Positions 16,611-24,436 of a DNA stretch of 44,532 nt are shown here, one piece after another. The position numbers and the translations under genes were made by a program. The stretch is from a virus. Its lineage: Duplodnaviria > Caudoviricetes. How positions within the stretch are numbered: position 1 is the stretch's first letter; each line of letters starts with the position of its first letter. The stretch is from positions 1 through 44,532 of IMG/VR virus record IMGVR_UViG_3300042191_000124; one strand, 5' to 3'. Below the pieces are notes generated by a model. That model ran no database searches. It worked only from the letters and a program-made list of their open reading frames with translations, and was not told the DNA's origin.

Positions 16611-17593
16611 TACAGCAGCGACTCCTGCGGCTCGCTGCGCCGCTGCTCGAGCTCCTCGTCGACCGCCGTCCGCATGCGATCGAGGGCCGCGGGATCCTTG
16701 GTCTTCGTCTCGCGGCACCACAGGGCGAGGGCGGTGAGGTCCTCGACGCTGATGGACTCGTCGTCGATCGCCTTCCCCGCGAGGGCCTTGAACGCGGCCG
16801 TCGCGATCACCTTCGGGAAGCGGAACCGCGGCGCGGCCGGCTGCCCAGGGTAGACCGGCGGCGGCTCGTGGTCGTCCTTCTCCTTCGGCTCGTCCTCGCG
16901 CGCGACGGTGAAGATCTCCTCGAGCGCGGCGGCCACGATGGTCGCCTGCGTGTCCGCCCGCTTCGTGGCCCGGCTGACCACGTCGTGCAGCGCGGCGCGG
17001 TAGTCGGGATCCCGCGTGACCTTCGGCGGCTTCCCCTTCTCGTATTCGCACCAGCCACCGTACTTCTTGACCGCGCTGGCCGAGGTGAAGCCCTTCTCCG
17101 CGGTGTTGCAGCTGCCGAGGCCCGCGCCGACGACGCGGCCGAAGTGATCGACGATCGGGATCTCGATCGTGGCCGAGCAGTACTCCCTCGTCTCCTGGCC
17201 GTCGACGCGCCGCGCGGCGCCGCGCGCCCAGCGGAACAGCTGCTTGATCTTCGACGCGCCGCGCTTGGTCAGCGCCTTCGACGTGCTGCCTGGGACCTGG
17301 TAGTAGTCACCCAGCTGGCCGGCGATCAGGTCGCCCTTCGCGTCGCACTTCGCTTCCTCGAAGTAGTCGCTCTGGATGAACTTGATCACGACGTCGCGAT
17401 TCGCCTTGAAGCTCTCGAGGTTCTTGGCGAGATCGAGCGGCGCGCCGAGCTGCTTCATCACCAGCGCCTGGCCGAGGGCGACGAACTGCTGCAGGTCCTC
17501 GTCCCACACCTGCCCCATCTGCTTCCCGTACTTGTCCTCGGCCTCGGCGGCGGTGAGCCGCGTCTGGACCGTCGGCTTCGTGGCGGTCGTCAT
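16610..17593 (-). CDS. Putative single-strand annealing recombinase (Rad52/RecT superfamily-like)
   Basis: LTKRGASKI...G.GSCNTAE...SRATKRA pattern; sits between the Gam-like and SbcD genes. Confidence 0.55.
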   Translation of the reverse strand: MTTATKPTVQTRLTAAEAEDKYGKQMGQVWDEDLQQFVALGQALVMKQLGAPLDLAKNLESFKANRDVVIKFIQSDYFEEAKCDAKGDLIAGQLGDYYQVPGSTSKALTKRGASKIKQLFRWARGAARRVDGQETREYCSATIEIPIVDHFGRVVGAGLGSCNTAEKGFTSASAVKKYGGWCEYEKGKPPKVTRDPDYRAALHDVVSRATKRADTQATIVAAALEEIFTVAREDEPKEKDDHEPPPVYPGQPAAPRFRFPKVIATAAFKALAGKAIDDESISVEDLTALALWCRETKTKDPAALDRMRTAVDEELEQRRSEPQESLL

Positions 17594-18027
17594 GCGGTCA
17601 CTCCGGTCAGCGCGGCGGCCAGGTCGGTCGCGATGGTCGCCTGGGGGATCTCCTCGATCTCGGCGCACGGCAGCGGCGTCGCGACGGCGATCTTCTCGAA
17701 CGCCTTGGCGTCAAGTGTCAGCGCCATTCCGCTCACCTTCGCCCACGCGAACGCCTGGGCGAACTCGTACTTGACCTTCTTGACGAGGCGGATCCCGACG
17801 CCCGGGGCCGGGGCCTTGTCCCCCGTCTGCTCGAACGCCCGCAGGGTCAGGGTGCGAAGCTCCGCTTCGTGGGCAGCCACCAGCGCCTTTGCGTCCGTCA
17901 CGCGCGCGATGAGCACGGCGTTTTCCTGCTCGAATGCACGCTGCTTCTCCAGCAACTTGGCGGCGAGGCTCGCCTGGAACGTGCGCGTGTCGGAGACTTT
18001 GCGGACCTGTTCGGTGAGCGTAGTCAT
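17590..18027 (-). CDS. Gam/Gp157-like coiled-coil protein
   Basis: Long N-terminal coiled coil then GVGIR...A.AWAK...LDAKAFEK; ATG 18027. Confidence 0.5.
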   Translation of the reverse strand: MTTLTEQVRKVSDTRTFQASLAAKLLEKQRAFEQENAVLIARVTDAKALVAAHEAELRTLTLRAFEQTGDKAPAPGVGIRLVKKVKYEFAQAFAWAKVSGMALTLDAKAFEKIAVATPLPCAEIEEIPQATIATDLAAALTGVTA

Positions 18028-18284
18028 GGGGTCGCCTTGAGGCTGGTGGTGATGGCGGTCATCAGATCGATGACCGTTGTCGTCTCCTCGATCGGGGCGG
18101 TCGCGCCCTTGACGGAGAGCGTCCGGCAGTCCGGGCAGATGTGCGGCCAGTCCTGGATCTCCGCCGGCCGCTCGAGCCGGGCCTGCGGCTTGTCGGGGAC
18201 GGGCGCCTCGCACAGCGGCGCGCCGATGTGGGAGATGTGACTTGCGGACCACCGGCCCGCGTCGAGCCACGAGAGGAGCCGCAT
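18024..18284 (-). CDS. Small Zn-binding hypothetical protein
   Basis: H...PLC...ICPDC; ATG 18284 coupled (TGATG). Confidence 0.6.
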   Translation of the reverse strand: MRLLSWLDAGRWSASHISHIGAPLCEAPVPDKPQARLERPAEIQDWPHICPDCRTLSVKGATAPIEETTTVIDLMTAITTSLKATP

Positions 18285-18451
18285 CAGACGTCCCGCCCGG
18301 CCAGGTCGTGGCGGCGCCGCGCATCGAGGTACTGCTGGACGTCGTCCTTCTCCTCGCGCGCGGTCGCCCAACAGACGAGGAGGACGCCCACGACGATCGC
18401 GATCACGATGATCCAGAGCGGGCCGATCGTGTCGATCGTCTCGGGCGTCAT
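18284..18451 (-). CDS. Small single-pass membrane protein (not in ORF track)
   Basis: 55 aa MTPETIDTIGPLWIIVIAIVVGVLLVCWAT..., coupled both sides. Confidence 0.7.
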   Translation of the reverse strand: MTPETIDTIGPLWIIVIAIVVGVLLVCWATAREEKDDVQQYLDARRRHDLAGRDV

Positions 18452-18930
18452 CGGGACCCCCGGCGGCGCTGCTGTTCCTGGACGAGCGCGTCGCGGCGCG
18501 CGGTCTCGCGCAGGATCGCGCGATCGGACACCCGGATCAGCCGGTCGAGGTTCTGATCCGAGCGGTCGAGCAGGAAGTCCGTCTCCGCCAAGTCCTCGGC
18601 AGTGTCCGCCTCTTGGGCGAGGCGGAGCACGGCATCACAGAGCGGGGGCGCGGTGCGCCCGTCCCACGCCGTGAGGATCGGCCGGATGAACCGCTCGCCC
18701 CGCGCCGTGTCCCCAAGCGCGACGAAGGCCGAGACGATGGCCGCACAGCGGGGCCCGATGTCGCGCATCAAGTGGCCCACAGCCTGCGGCCGCATCCCGA
18801 GCTGGGGCGCGACGTAGGCGGCGATCGGATCGCCACGGCCCCCGGACCCCCAGCGGCGTTCCTTCGGGCGAGGCGCGCGCGTTCCGGCGTTGTCCGAGAC
18901 AGACGGGCGGGCGACGTTCGGCGTCGTCAT
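18448..18930 (-). CDS. Hypothetical protein in a CII-like position
   Basis: 160 aa; AAYVAPQLGMRPQAVGHLM could be an HTH. Confidence 0.6.
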   Translation of the reverse strand: MTTPNVARPSVSDNAGTRAPRPKERRWGSGGRGDPIAAYVAPQLGMRPQAVGHLMRDIGPRCAAIVSAFVALGDTARGERFIRPILTAWDGRTAPPLCDAVLRLAQEADTAEDLAETDFLLDRSDQNLDRLIRVSDRAILRETARRDALVQEQQRRRGSR

Positions 18931-19130
18931 GGGAGTCGCCCCTCGATCTTCCGCAGCGCGGATTCGATGCGCCGCCGCACCGCCGCGTTGTCCACCGGCA
19001 TGAGCGGGTACTCCGCGAAGCAGACGAGGACGGCGAGGGCGTTTTTAAGATCTTCGGCCGCCGTCTCGGGCCCGAGCAGGGCGGCGACGGGTGGCGCGGG
19101 GACAGGACGCCCAGGAAGGGAGGCGGTCAT
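18927..19130 (-). CDS. Hypothetical protein
   Basis: 67 aa from ATG 19130, 2 nt after the cro-like stop. Confidence 0.6.
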   Translation of the reverse strand: MTASLPGRPVPAPPVAALLGPETAAEDLKNALAVLVCFAEYPLMPVDNAAVRRRIESALRKIEGRLP

Positions 19131-19132
19131 CG

Positions 19133-19333
19133 TTACTCGACGCCGGCGGGTTGGGGCTGCTCGGCCTGCTGCAGGAGCTGCTCCACGCCCGGAAAACCGA
19201 GTTCTCGGAGCAGGGTTCCGGGGGCCACATCCTCTTGGCGGCGGGTACTCTCCAGCCGCGCCGCCCGCCGGAGGCGGGTCCATTGATCCAGGGTCAGCCG
19301 GACCCACAGCTTCTTGCTCTTGCGAGGCGCCAT
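19133..19333 (-). CDS. Cro-position ribbon-helix-helix-like regulator
   Basis: KKLWVRLTLDQWTRLRRAA...PGTLLREL; divergent from the repressor. Confidence 0.6.
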   Translation of the reverse strand: MAPRKSKKLWVRLTLDQWTRLRRAARLESTRRQEDVAPGTLLRELGFPGVEQLLQQAEQPQPAGVE

Positions 19334-19445
19334 TCCATCCCCTAACGTGGGAGGTTCTGTCAAAAGACAGGCGCTGGACACGCGTCCAATAGCGCAGATG
19401 CGCCACAACTTGCGCGCAAGTGCGCGATTTGTCAATAGCGAGGTT
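19334..19445. promoter_or_regulatory. Immunity switch region: leftward promoter and candidate operators
   Basis: Minus strand TTGACA (19430-35) -17- CAAGTT (19407-12); perfect palindrome ACTTGCGCGCAAGT 19408-21; dyads CTGTC-AAAA-GACAG and TGGAC-ACGC-GTCCA; repeat CAATAGCG x2. Confidence 0.65.
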
Positions 19446-20015
19446 ATGGGTCCGGCCAAGAGTAAGCTGCACAAGGAGTTCGTCGGCCGACTCCGCGCCG
19501 CCATGGAGCAGAAGGGCTGGCTGGGACGGGGTGCCGCTACCCAACTGGCCAGGGCCGTAGGGGCCAGTCCCTCCCTTGCCGCCTCATGGCTACGCGGGGA
19601 GCGGATACCGCGCAGCCCCTATCTCGGGCGCCTGCCGCGGGTGCTGGGAGTTAGCGCAGATGCGCTAGAAGTGGGGGAAATGCCACCTGCCTCGCCCCAG
19701 GACGACGCCGGCTATGCCGACCGCCCCCCGACCCCTGGTGGCGAGCGTCCCAGGGCAGGGGTAGTATCGGAGCCTGGTCGGGGAGACGAGCACGAGGTTG
19801 CGTGGCGGGGGTTTCGCGTGTTAGCCAGTCGGATCGCCAGGACCATCCAACAGACCGTCCGACTCCACGAGCTCGGCTACACGGCGGCGAGCCGGGCCAT
19901 CCTCGCCGACTCCCTCGCCGTGTTCGCCCGCGAGCTCGACGCCCGCTGCGGCGAGACCGTCTGCGGGGACATCTGGAAGGTGATCGACTGGCTCAGGAAA
20001 CCGCCGGAGGGGTGA
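19446..20015 (+). CDS. CI-like XRE-family repressor
   Basis: FVGRLRAAM...ATQLARAVGASPSLAASWLRGERIP...LPRVLGVSADAL HTH_3; GAGG RBS before ATG 19446. Confidence 0.85.
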   Translation: MGPAKSKLHKEFVGRLRAAMEQKGWLGRGAATQLARAVGASPSLAASWLRGERIPRSPYLGRLPRVLGVSADALEVGEMPPASPQDDAGYADRPPTPGGERPRAGVVSEPGRGDEHEVAWRGFRVLASRIARTIQQTVRLHELGYTAASRAILADSLAVFARELDARCGETVCGDIWKVIDWLRKPPEG

Positions 20016-20085
20016 GCTGCCGCCTGTGCCGGGATGGACAACCCGCGTACCCCAAGCCCCGGCTTTGGACGAACAGCCCACCCCG

Positions 20086-20664
20086 CTAGTGCCGCGTTGC
20101 CACGAACGCCACCGCTGTCGCGCCCGCCCCGAGCGCCGCAGAGACCAGCCGACTCGGGCACCGCGGGAGAAACCGAAGCCCGAGCATCCGGCAATCCGCC
20201 ACCGTCAGGGTCGCCGCGAGGTGCTGCTCGAGCAGGGCCACCCGGGCCTCCGCCCGATCGGCGCGCGTCGAATCCGCCAGCCGCGCGAGGTCGAGCCGCC
20301 CGAACGCCACCTGCCAGTCGGCCACCTGGCCCCGGAGTTCGAGATTCTGCTGGCCGAGCACCACGTTCGAGTCGCGCGCCGTGGTGGCCTGGGCGAGCGC
20401 GGTGTCGAGCTGGGCGATCCGGGGATCCCGGGCCTGGGCTCGCCGCTTCCACGCGGCCGCGCTGTCGGCCTGCGCCCGGGCGATCGCCCCGAGCTGGGCC
20501 TGGCGCGCGCGGTACGCCTTGCCGACGGCCAGGGCTTGCTCGGCGGAACGGATGATCGCGGCGTCCTCGCGGCCCGAACGCGCCTGGCACATCCCGAAGG
20601 CGTAGAGGGCGACCGCCGCCGCGGCGATTGTGAGGATGGGGACGCGGAGCCGGACGTTGCTCAT
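20086..20664 (-). CDS. Spanin-like protein
   Basis: Last gene of the lysis cassette; N-terminal TM, Ala-rich coiled coil, C-terminal hydrophobic segment. Confidence 0.55.
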   Translation of the reverse strand: MSNVRLRVPILTIAAAAVALYAFGMCQARSGREDAAIIRSAEQALAVGKAYRARQAQLGAIARAQADSAAAWKRRAQARDPRIAQLDTALAQATTARDSNVVLGQQNLELRGQVADWQVAFGRLDLARLADSTRADRAEARVALLEQHLAATLTVADCRMLGLRFLPRCPSRLVSAALGAGATAVAFVATRH

Positions 20665-21011
20665 CGGAAGAATCCGTCGAGCCAGCGCGTGAGCCGCTGC
20701 ACCCAGCGCCGCGGCCAGAGATACGTGGCGTACAGCTGATGCAGCGGGCTCTTGTAGTCCTCGTCCCCGAACGTCTGCACCATGTGCTGCACCAGATCAT
20801 CGACCGTGAGCACCACGCCCAGGATCTGCAGCACCAGCCCCACCCACCCACCCACCACCGCCCCGACGAGGACAAGCAGCGCGCCCAGGTAGGCGTGATG
20901 AAACTCGCGCAGGTGGAACGGCGAGCTGAGCCCGAGCGAGCGATGCAGCGCGGCCAGTCCGCCCACGATCACGAACAGGACCAGCAGGAGCCCCTCGAGT
21001 AGCAGGATCAC
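20661..21011 (-). CDS. Multi-pass membrane protein
   Basis: Three hydrophobic segments; HHAY and DD..QH motifs. Confidence 0.75.
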   Translation of the reverse strand: MILLLEGLLLVLFVIVGGLAALHRSLGLSSPFHLREFHHAYLGALLVLVGAVVGGWVGLVLQILGVVLTVDDLVQHMVQTFGDEDYKSPLHQLYATYLWPRRWVQRLTRWLDGFFR

Positions 21012-21253
21012 GGTGCCACCTCCTCGGCGTCTTTCCCGCCGTCCCCGCCGTTCATCCGACTCCGGCCGCCGGTGACACTCACCCAGCGTTTGCGCTCCGC
21101 CCGCAGCTGCTCCACCGCCGCGAGGTGCGTTTTGATCTCGTCGTCGATCTGCCCCACGCGCAGATCGATCAGCGACTCGACGTCGTCGGGCGAACAGCTT
21201 TCCGCCCGAAACGCGGTGAGCAACTCGGGTGTCGGGGCCTCGCGCTTCGCCAT
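21008..21253 (-). CDS. Small coiled-coil protein
   Basis: 81 aa from ATG 21253 (TGATG-coupled). Confidence 0.65.
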   Translation of the reverse strand: MAKREAPTPELLTAFRAESCSPDDVESLIDLRVGQIDDEIKTHLAAVEQLRAERKRWVSVTGGRSRMNGGDGGKDAEEVAP

Positions 21254-21726
21254 CAGGCGGCGCCCCACTGTTGCGCTTCCTGGGCGCGCCGCGTCACGAG
21301 CCCCGGAGCCACCGCGCCCCCGGCGTAGACCCAGCGCCGGAGTTGCGCCGGGACCCCAGCGTAGTCGCCGGCGTTGAGCAAACGGACGAGTGTCGAGTGC
21401 TGAAGGGCGGCGGCGCCGACGTTGAACGCGAACGAGACCAGGGCGTCGAACTGCCCCTGGGAGAGCGGGACGCGGACGGCGAAGGACACCGCCGCTTCAG
21501 CGCGCGCGAGGTCCTTCTGCAGGAGCTCCTGCGCCTGCGCCGCCGTGAGGCCCGGGGGCCATTTCACCGGCGCGCCCCGAATCCACAGCTTCCCGCTGGT
21601 CAGCTCGTCCTTGGTCAGGAGATGGCCGACCCCGATCGTCGGGAGCCCTGCCGAGTCGCGGTACATCGTCAGCACGACGCCCTCGCGCAGGGTCAGCGCC
21701 TCGAGCCCCGCCTTGCTCGTCGTCAC
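21253..21726 (-). CDS. Endolysin, GH24 lysozyme
   Basis: E-x8-D-x5-T triad (EGVVLTMYRDSAGLPT), FDALVSFAFNVG, GLVTRR..E. Confidence 0.93.
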   Translation of the reverse strand: MTTSKAGLEALTLREGVVLTMYRDSAGLPTIGVGHLLTKDELTSGKLWIRGAPVKWPPGLTAAQAQELLQKDLARAEAAVSFAVRVPLSQGQFDALVSFAFNVGAAALQHSTLVRLLNAGDYAGVPAQLRRWVYAGGAVAPGLVTRRAQEAQQWGAA

Positions 21727-22055
21727 GTGCCCGGCCCCCCAGGCAGGGGCGCGGGGGTCGCAGCGCTCGCGCGCCGGTCCGGGACAGCGCCCGTGACCAC
21801 CGCGGCGGTGGTGGCCGCCGCTGCCCGTTGGGCGATCCCGTCCGCGATTTTCCCGCCGGTCATCGGCGCGACGCAGGCCGCGACCATAATCCCGACGAGG
21901 TACTCGTTGATGTCTCGGTTCGTCAGGAAGACGACCCAGACGGTTGCGATGCCCGCGAGCGAGGCGAGGCACACGCTCACGAACGAGCGGACGCGCGCGT
22001 AGTCGATGACACCGGTGGCGGGGTCCGCCAGCAACGTGGACCACCGGATACTCAC
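21723..22055 (-). CDS. Putative holin
   Basis: 110 aa, two TM helices, directly upstream of the endolysin. Confidence 0.6.
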   Translation of the reverse strand: MSIRWSTLLADPATGVIDYARVRSFVSVCLASLAGIATVWVVFLTNRDINEYLVGIMVAACVAPMTGGKIADGIAQRAAAATTAAVVTGAVPDRRASAATPAPLPGGPGT

Positions 22056-22207
22056 AGCCGCACCGTATGCCCCGACAGGAGGTAGACCAGCACCAGGACG
22101 CCGGCGCCGAACGTCAGGCGCCCCAGCTCGGCCGTCTTGGGGTTCGTGGCGGCGAAGTACGTGATCGCGCCGAGGAGGATGGCGAGCACGGGAACGATGG
22201 CGATCAT
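22052..22207 (-). CDS. Small two-TM protein (holin/antiholin candidate)
   Basis: 51 aa from ATG 22207 with GAGG RBS; two hydrophobic helices. Confidence 0.65.
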   Translation of the reverse strand: MIAIVPVLAILLGAITYFAATNPKTAELGRLTFGAGVLVLVYLLSGHTVRL

Positions 22208-22235
22208 CGAGACCTCACTGGAAGTTGGACGCGCC

Positions 22236-22715
22236 TCATCCGAGAAACACCTTGACCGCAATCCCCAGCACAAAGAGCAGAATGGGAATGCCCACGCTGA
22301 GGATCACTCGCTGATTGGCCTTCGCGATCTCCAGCCCTTCGTCCCTGCCCGTCCCCTTGCCCCGGGATACGTCGAGGCTCGCGATGGCGCTCTTCACTTC
22401 ATCAATGCGCTCGTTGATGCGCTCGACGATCCCCACGAACTCGGGTCGGGGAATCATCATCTCTTGCTTCCGCAGCAGGTCGTTATGGCTCGTGTTGTAG
22501 GCGCGCTGCGCTTCCTCGGCCTTGAGAATCGCCTCCTTGCTGGAGGCGAAGGCGGCATCGACGGCGGTCTGGGCCGCCTCCGCCCGCTCCCCGTAGCGTT
22601 CGTGGCGTTCAGCCATCAGTTCCTTGAACGCATCAAACGCCGCCTTCAGGGCGTGGAGGTCGTTCGACAGTTTCACCTCACAGGGCGTCAGGCGACCCTC
22701 CGGCGCGGGCGTCAC
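22236..22715 (-). CDS. Coiled-coil protein with C-terminal TM anchor
   Basis: Heptad-rich body and VILSVGIPILLFVLGIAV tail; GTG 22715 coupled to the upstream mini-ORF. Confidence 0.75.
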   Translation of the reverse strand: MTPAPEGRLTPCEVKLSNDLHALKAAFDAFKELMAERHERYGERAEAAQTAVDAAFASSKEAILKAEEAQRAYNTSHNDLLRKQEMMIPRPEFVGIVERINERIDEVKSAIASLDVSRGKGTGRDEGLEIAKANQRVILSVGIPILLFVLGIAVKVFLG

Positions 22716-22777
22716 TCGTCGTCCCACCCGTCGCCCTCGTAGGGGCCCCAGAACAGCTCACCCTCACAGGACTCCAT
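22712..22777 (-). CDS. 21-aa acidic leader ORF
   Basis: GGGAGG RBS, MESCEGELFWGPYEGDGWDDE, stop overlaps the next start (GTGA). Confidence 0.45.
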   Translation of the reverse strand: MESCEGELFWGPYEGDGWDDE

Positions 22778-22790
22778 GCCGCCTCCCGGG

Positions 22791-22835
22791 AAACAAAAAT
22801 CCCCAGCCATAGCCCCAAGGGGCTCAGCTGGGGAT
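22791..22835 (-). terminator. Intrinsic terminator-like hairpin before the lysis cassette
   Basis: ATCCCCAGC...GCTGGGGAT with inner AGCCCC/GGGGCT stem, followed by TTTTGTTT. Confidence 0.7.
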
Positions 22836-22868
22836 GCCGCGTCACGCGGGTGATCCCCGAACGCCTGC

Positions 22869-22897
22869 AATCTACCGCGCGACGGCCCGCAATCCAA
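22869..22897 (-). promoter_or_regulatory. Putative sigma70-type promoter for the lysis leader
   Basis: TTGGAT-17-TAGATT. Confidence 0.45.
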
Positions 22898-22991
22898 GCG
22901 TGGCGCGAATCGTACCTCAGGCGAGGGTCGTGATCGGGAGTCGGGCGACCCCGAGTGGCGCCCTGTTCTCGTGGGGCATAGCTTCTACGAG

Positions 22992-23576
22992 ATGCCTCAA
23001 CCGACTGTAGACGTTCCGGGCCAGCGATTTGGGCGACTCGTCACCATCGCACGGCGAATAGGACGTGACAGGCAGATCTACTGGCTATGCCGATGCGATT
23101 GCGGCGGGGAGAAGACAGCCCGGTTGGGCCACCTGCGAAGTGGTCGAACTCGATCATGTGGATGCCTCAGCAGAGAACTCACGACGGCACGCAACCGGAC
23201 GCACGGACAAACAAAGCACCCGCTGTATTCCGTATGGTCCGGCATGATCGCCCGCTGCACCAACTCCAAGTTAGCCTGCTTTCACTACTACGGCGGTCGC
23301 GGGATCATAGTCTGCGTGCGGTGGAAGGAGAGCTTCATGGCGTTCCTCTCAGACATGGGTGAGCGACCACTGGGGGCCACGCTGGATCGCATCGACAACG
23401 ACGGCGACTACGAGCCGGGCAACTGCCGGTGGGCGACCCCAAACCAGCAGGCCGCCAACCGGCGACCGCCGCGCCCGGTCGATTGGCGCACAACATCCTT
23501 GCACAAGGCGGGAATGTCGCTCAGCGAGTGCCTCGCCTCGATTCGTACCCTCATTTCCGCCCCCGCGCAGCACTAG
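22992..23576 (+). CDS. HNH homing endonuclease (copy 3 of 3), antisense to late genes
   Basis: GQRFGRL...WLCRCDCG...SCGC...YYGGRGI.VC.RW...LDRIDNDGDYEPGNCRWAT; start ATG 22992 or GTG 22971. Confidence 0.88.
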   Translation: MPQPTVDVPGQRFGRLVTIARRIGRDRQIYWLCRCDCGGEKTARLGHLRSGRTRSCGCLSRELTTARNRTHGQTKHPLYSVWSGMIARCTNSKLACFHYYGGRGIIVCVRWKESFMAFLSDMGERPLGATLDRIDNDGDYEPGNCRWATPNQQAANRRPPRPVDWRTTSLHKAGMSLSECLASIRTLISAPAQH

Positions 23577-23592
23577 CTAGCCTGCTCCCGAG

Positions 23593-23621
23593 TTGCCCGC
23601 GCGCGCGGTGCCGAGTACCAT
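23593..23621 (+). promoter_or_regulatory. Putative promoter for the lipoprotein moron
   Basis: TTGCCC-17-TACCAT in the intergenic gap upstream of the plus-strand lipoprotein. Confidence 0.5.
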
Positions 23622-23629
23622 GCAAACAG

Positions 23630-23905
23630 TTACTTCGCCTGCGGCGCCGCGACGAGCTTCAGGTTGAACGCCTTGGCGAAACACGGAACGCAGTATTCGC
23701 GTCGGGCGATCGGCTGGGCCATCAGCTCCCGAATGAGATCCGGCACCTTCACCCCGGGGCCGTTGAGATTCACCGGCGGGCCGGGATAGTCGGGCGGGAC
23801 GCCGGCGACGAGGTAGACGACGAGCGGGACCAGCTTCCCGTCCACCATGATGGTGGAGCAGAACTCGCCGCAGGCGTCGCAGAGAAAGTCGTTCGTGTGG
23901 GCCAT
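23630..23905 (-). CDS. Small Zn-finger protein
   Basis: 91 aa MAHTNDFLCDACG...YCVPCF; AAGGTGA RBS. Confidence 0.7.
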   Translation of the reverse strand: MAHTNDFLCDACGEFCSTIMVDGKLVPLVVYLVAGVPPDYPGPPVNLNGPGVKVPDLIRELMAQPIARREYCVPCFAKAFNLKLVAAPQAK

Positions 23906-23926
23906 TGAATCACCTTGGAGGTTAGT

Positions 23927-24436
23927 ATGCGTTCCATGACCGTCGTCCTGTTGCTCCTCGCCGCGCTCGCGTGCGGCGACACCACGAAGCCCGTCACGTC
24001 CATCGATCCCTACGCGCTGTTCTACGTGCGGAACGACAAGCCGACGAGCCCGATCTACTACGGCTTCATCCGGTTTCCCAATCGCACGCCGGTCGAGGAG
24101 TCGTTCATCGGGTCGGCAGGCGCTGGAGAGGAAGCGTGCGCCAGCTTCGGTCTCGAATCGATCATCCCCGGCGACCCCGAGAACATGGTGCAGCTCGTCT
24201 TCAAGGTGACACAGGACAACCGCGATCCTGCGGCCAATCCTCCGGGCATCGTCATCGACTCGCTGATGTCCCCCACCGTGGACCCCTTTGCACTGGGAGC
24301 GAACACGCCCACCACACCGCACCGTTTCCGCCTGTGGTGGAAGGCGGACGGCTCGACGTTCTTCGACTTCGGGTTGTGGAACGACTCGACGCGCTGGGCG
24401 GCGGAGCCGGGCTGGCCCTGTCCCACCCGGTTCTAG
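23927..24436 (+). CDS. Lipoprotein, candidate superinfection-exclusion moron
   Basis: GGAGG RBS; signal MRSMTVVLLLLAALA-C(GD) with lipobox-like ALAC. Confidence 0.8.
   Translation: MRSMTVVLLLLAALACGDTTKPVTSIDPYALFYVRNDKPTSPIYYGFIRFPNRTPVEESFIGSAGAGEEACASFGLESIIPGDPENMVQLVFKVTQDNRDPAANPPGIVIDSLMSPTVDPFALGANTPTTPHRFRLWWKADGSTFFDFGLWNDSTRWAAEPGWPCPTRF

Noticed and set aside
20010-20083. Nested hairpin between the convergent repressor and spanin genes
   Set aside because: May be a terminator, but it has no clear U-tract and GC-rich pairing could be chance.
23927-23990. Host assignment (e.g. Gemmatimonadota) from GC content and lipoprotein style
   Set aside because: Only suggestive; needs an attB tRNA match or homology search.
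22861-24436. Invertible segment explaining the plus-strand genes
   Set aside because: No flanking inverted repeats seen and no serine invertase.
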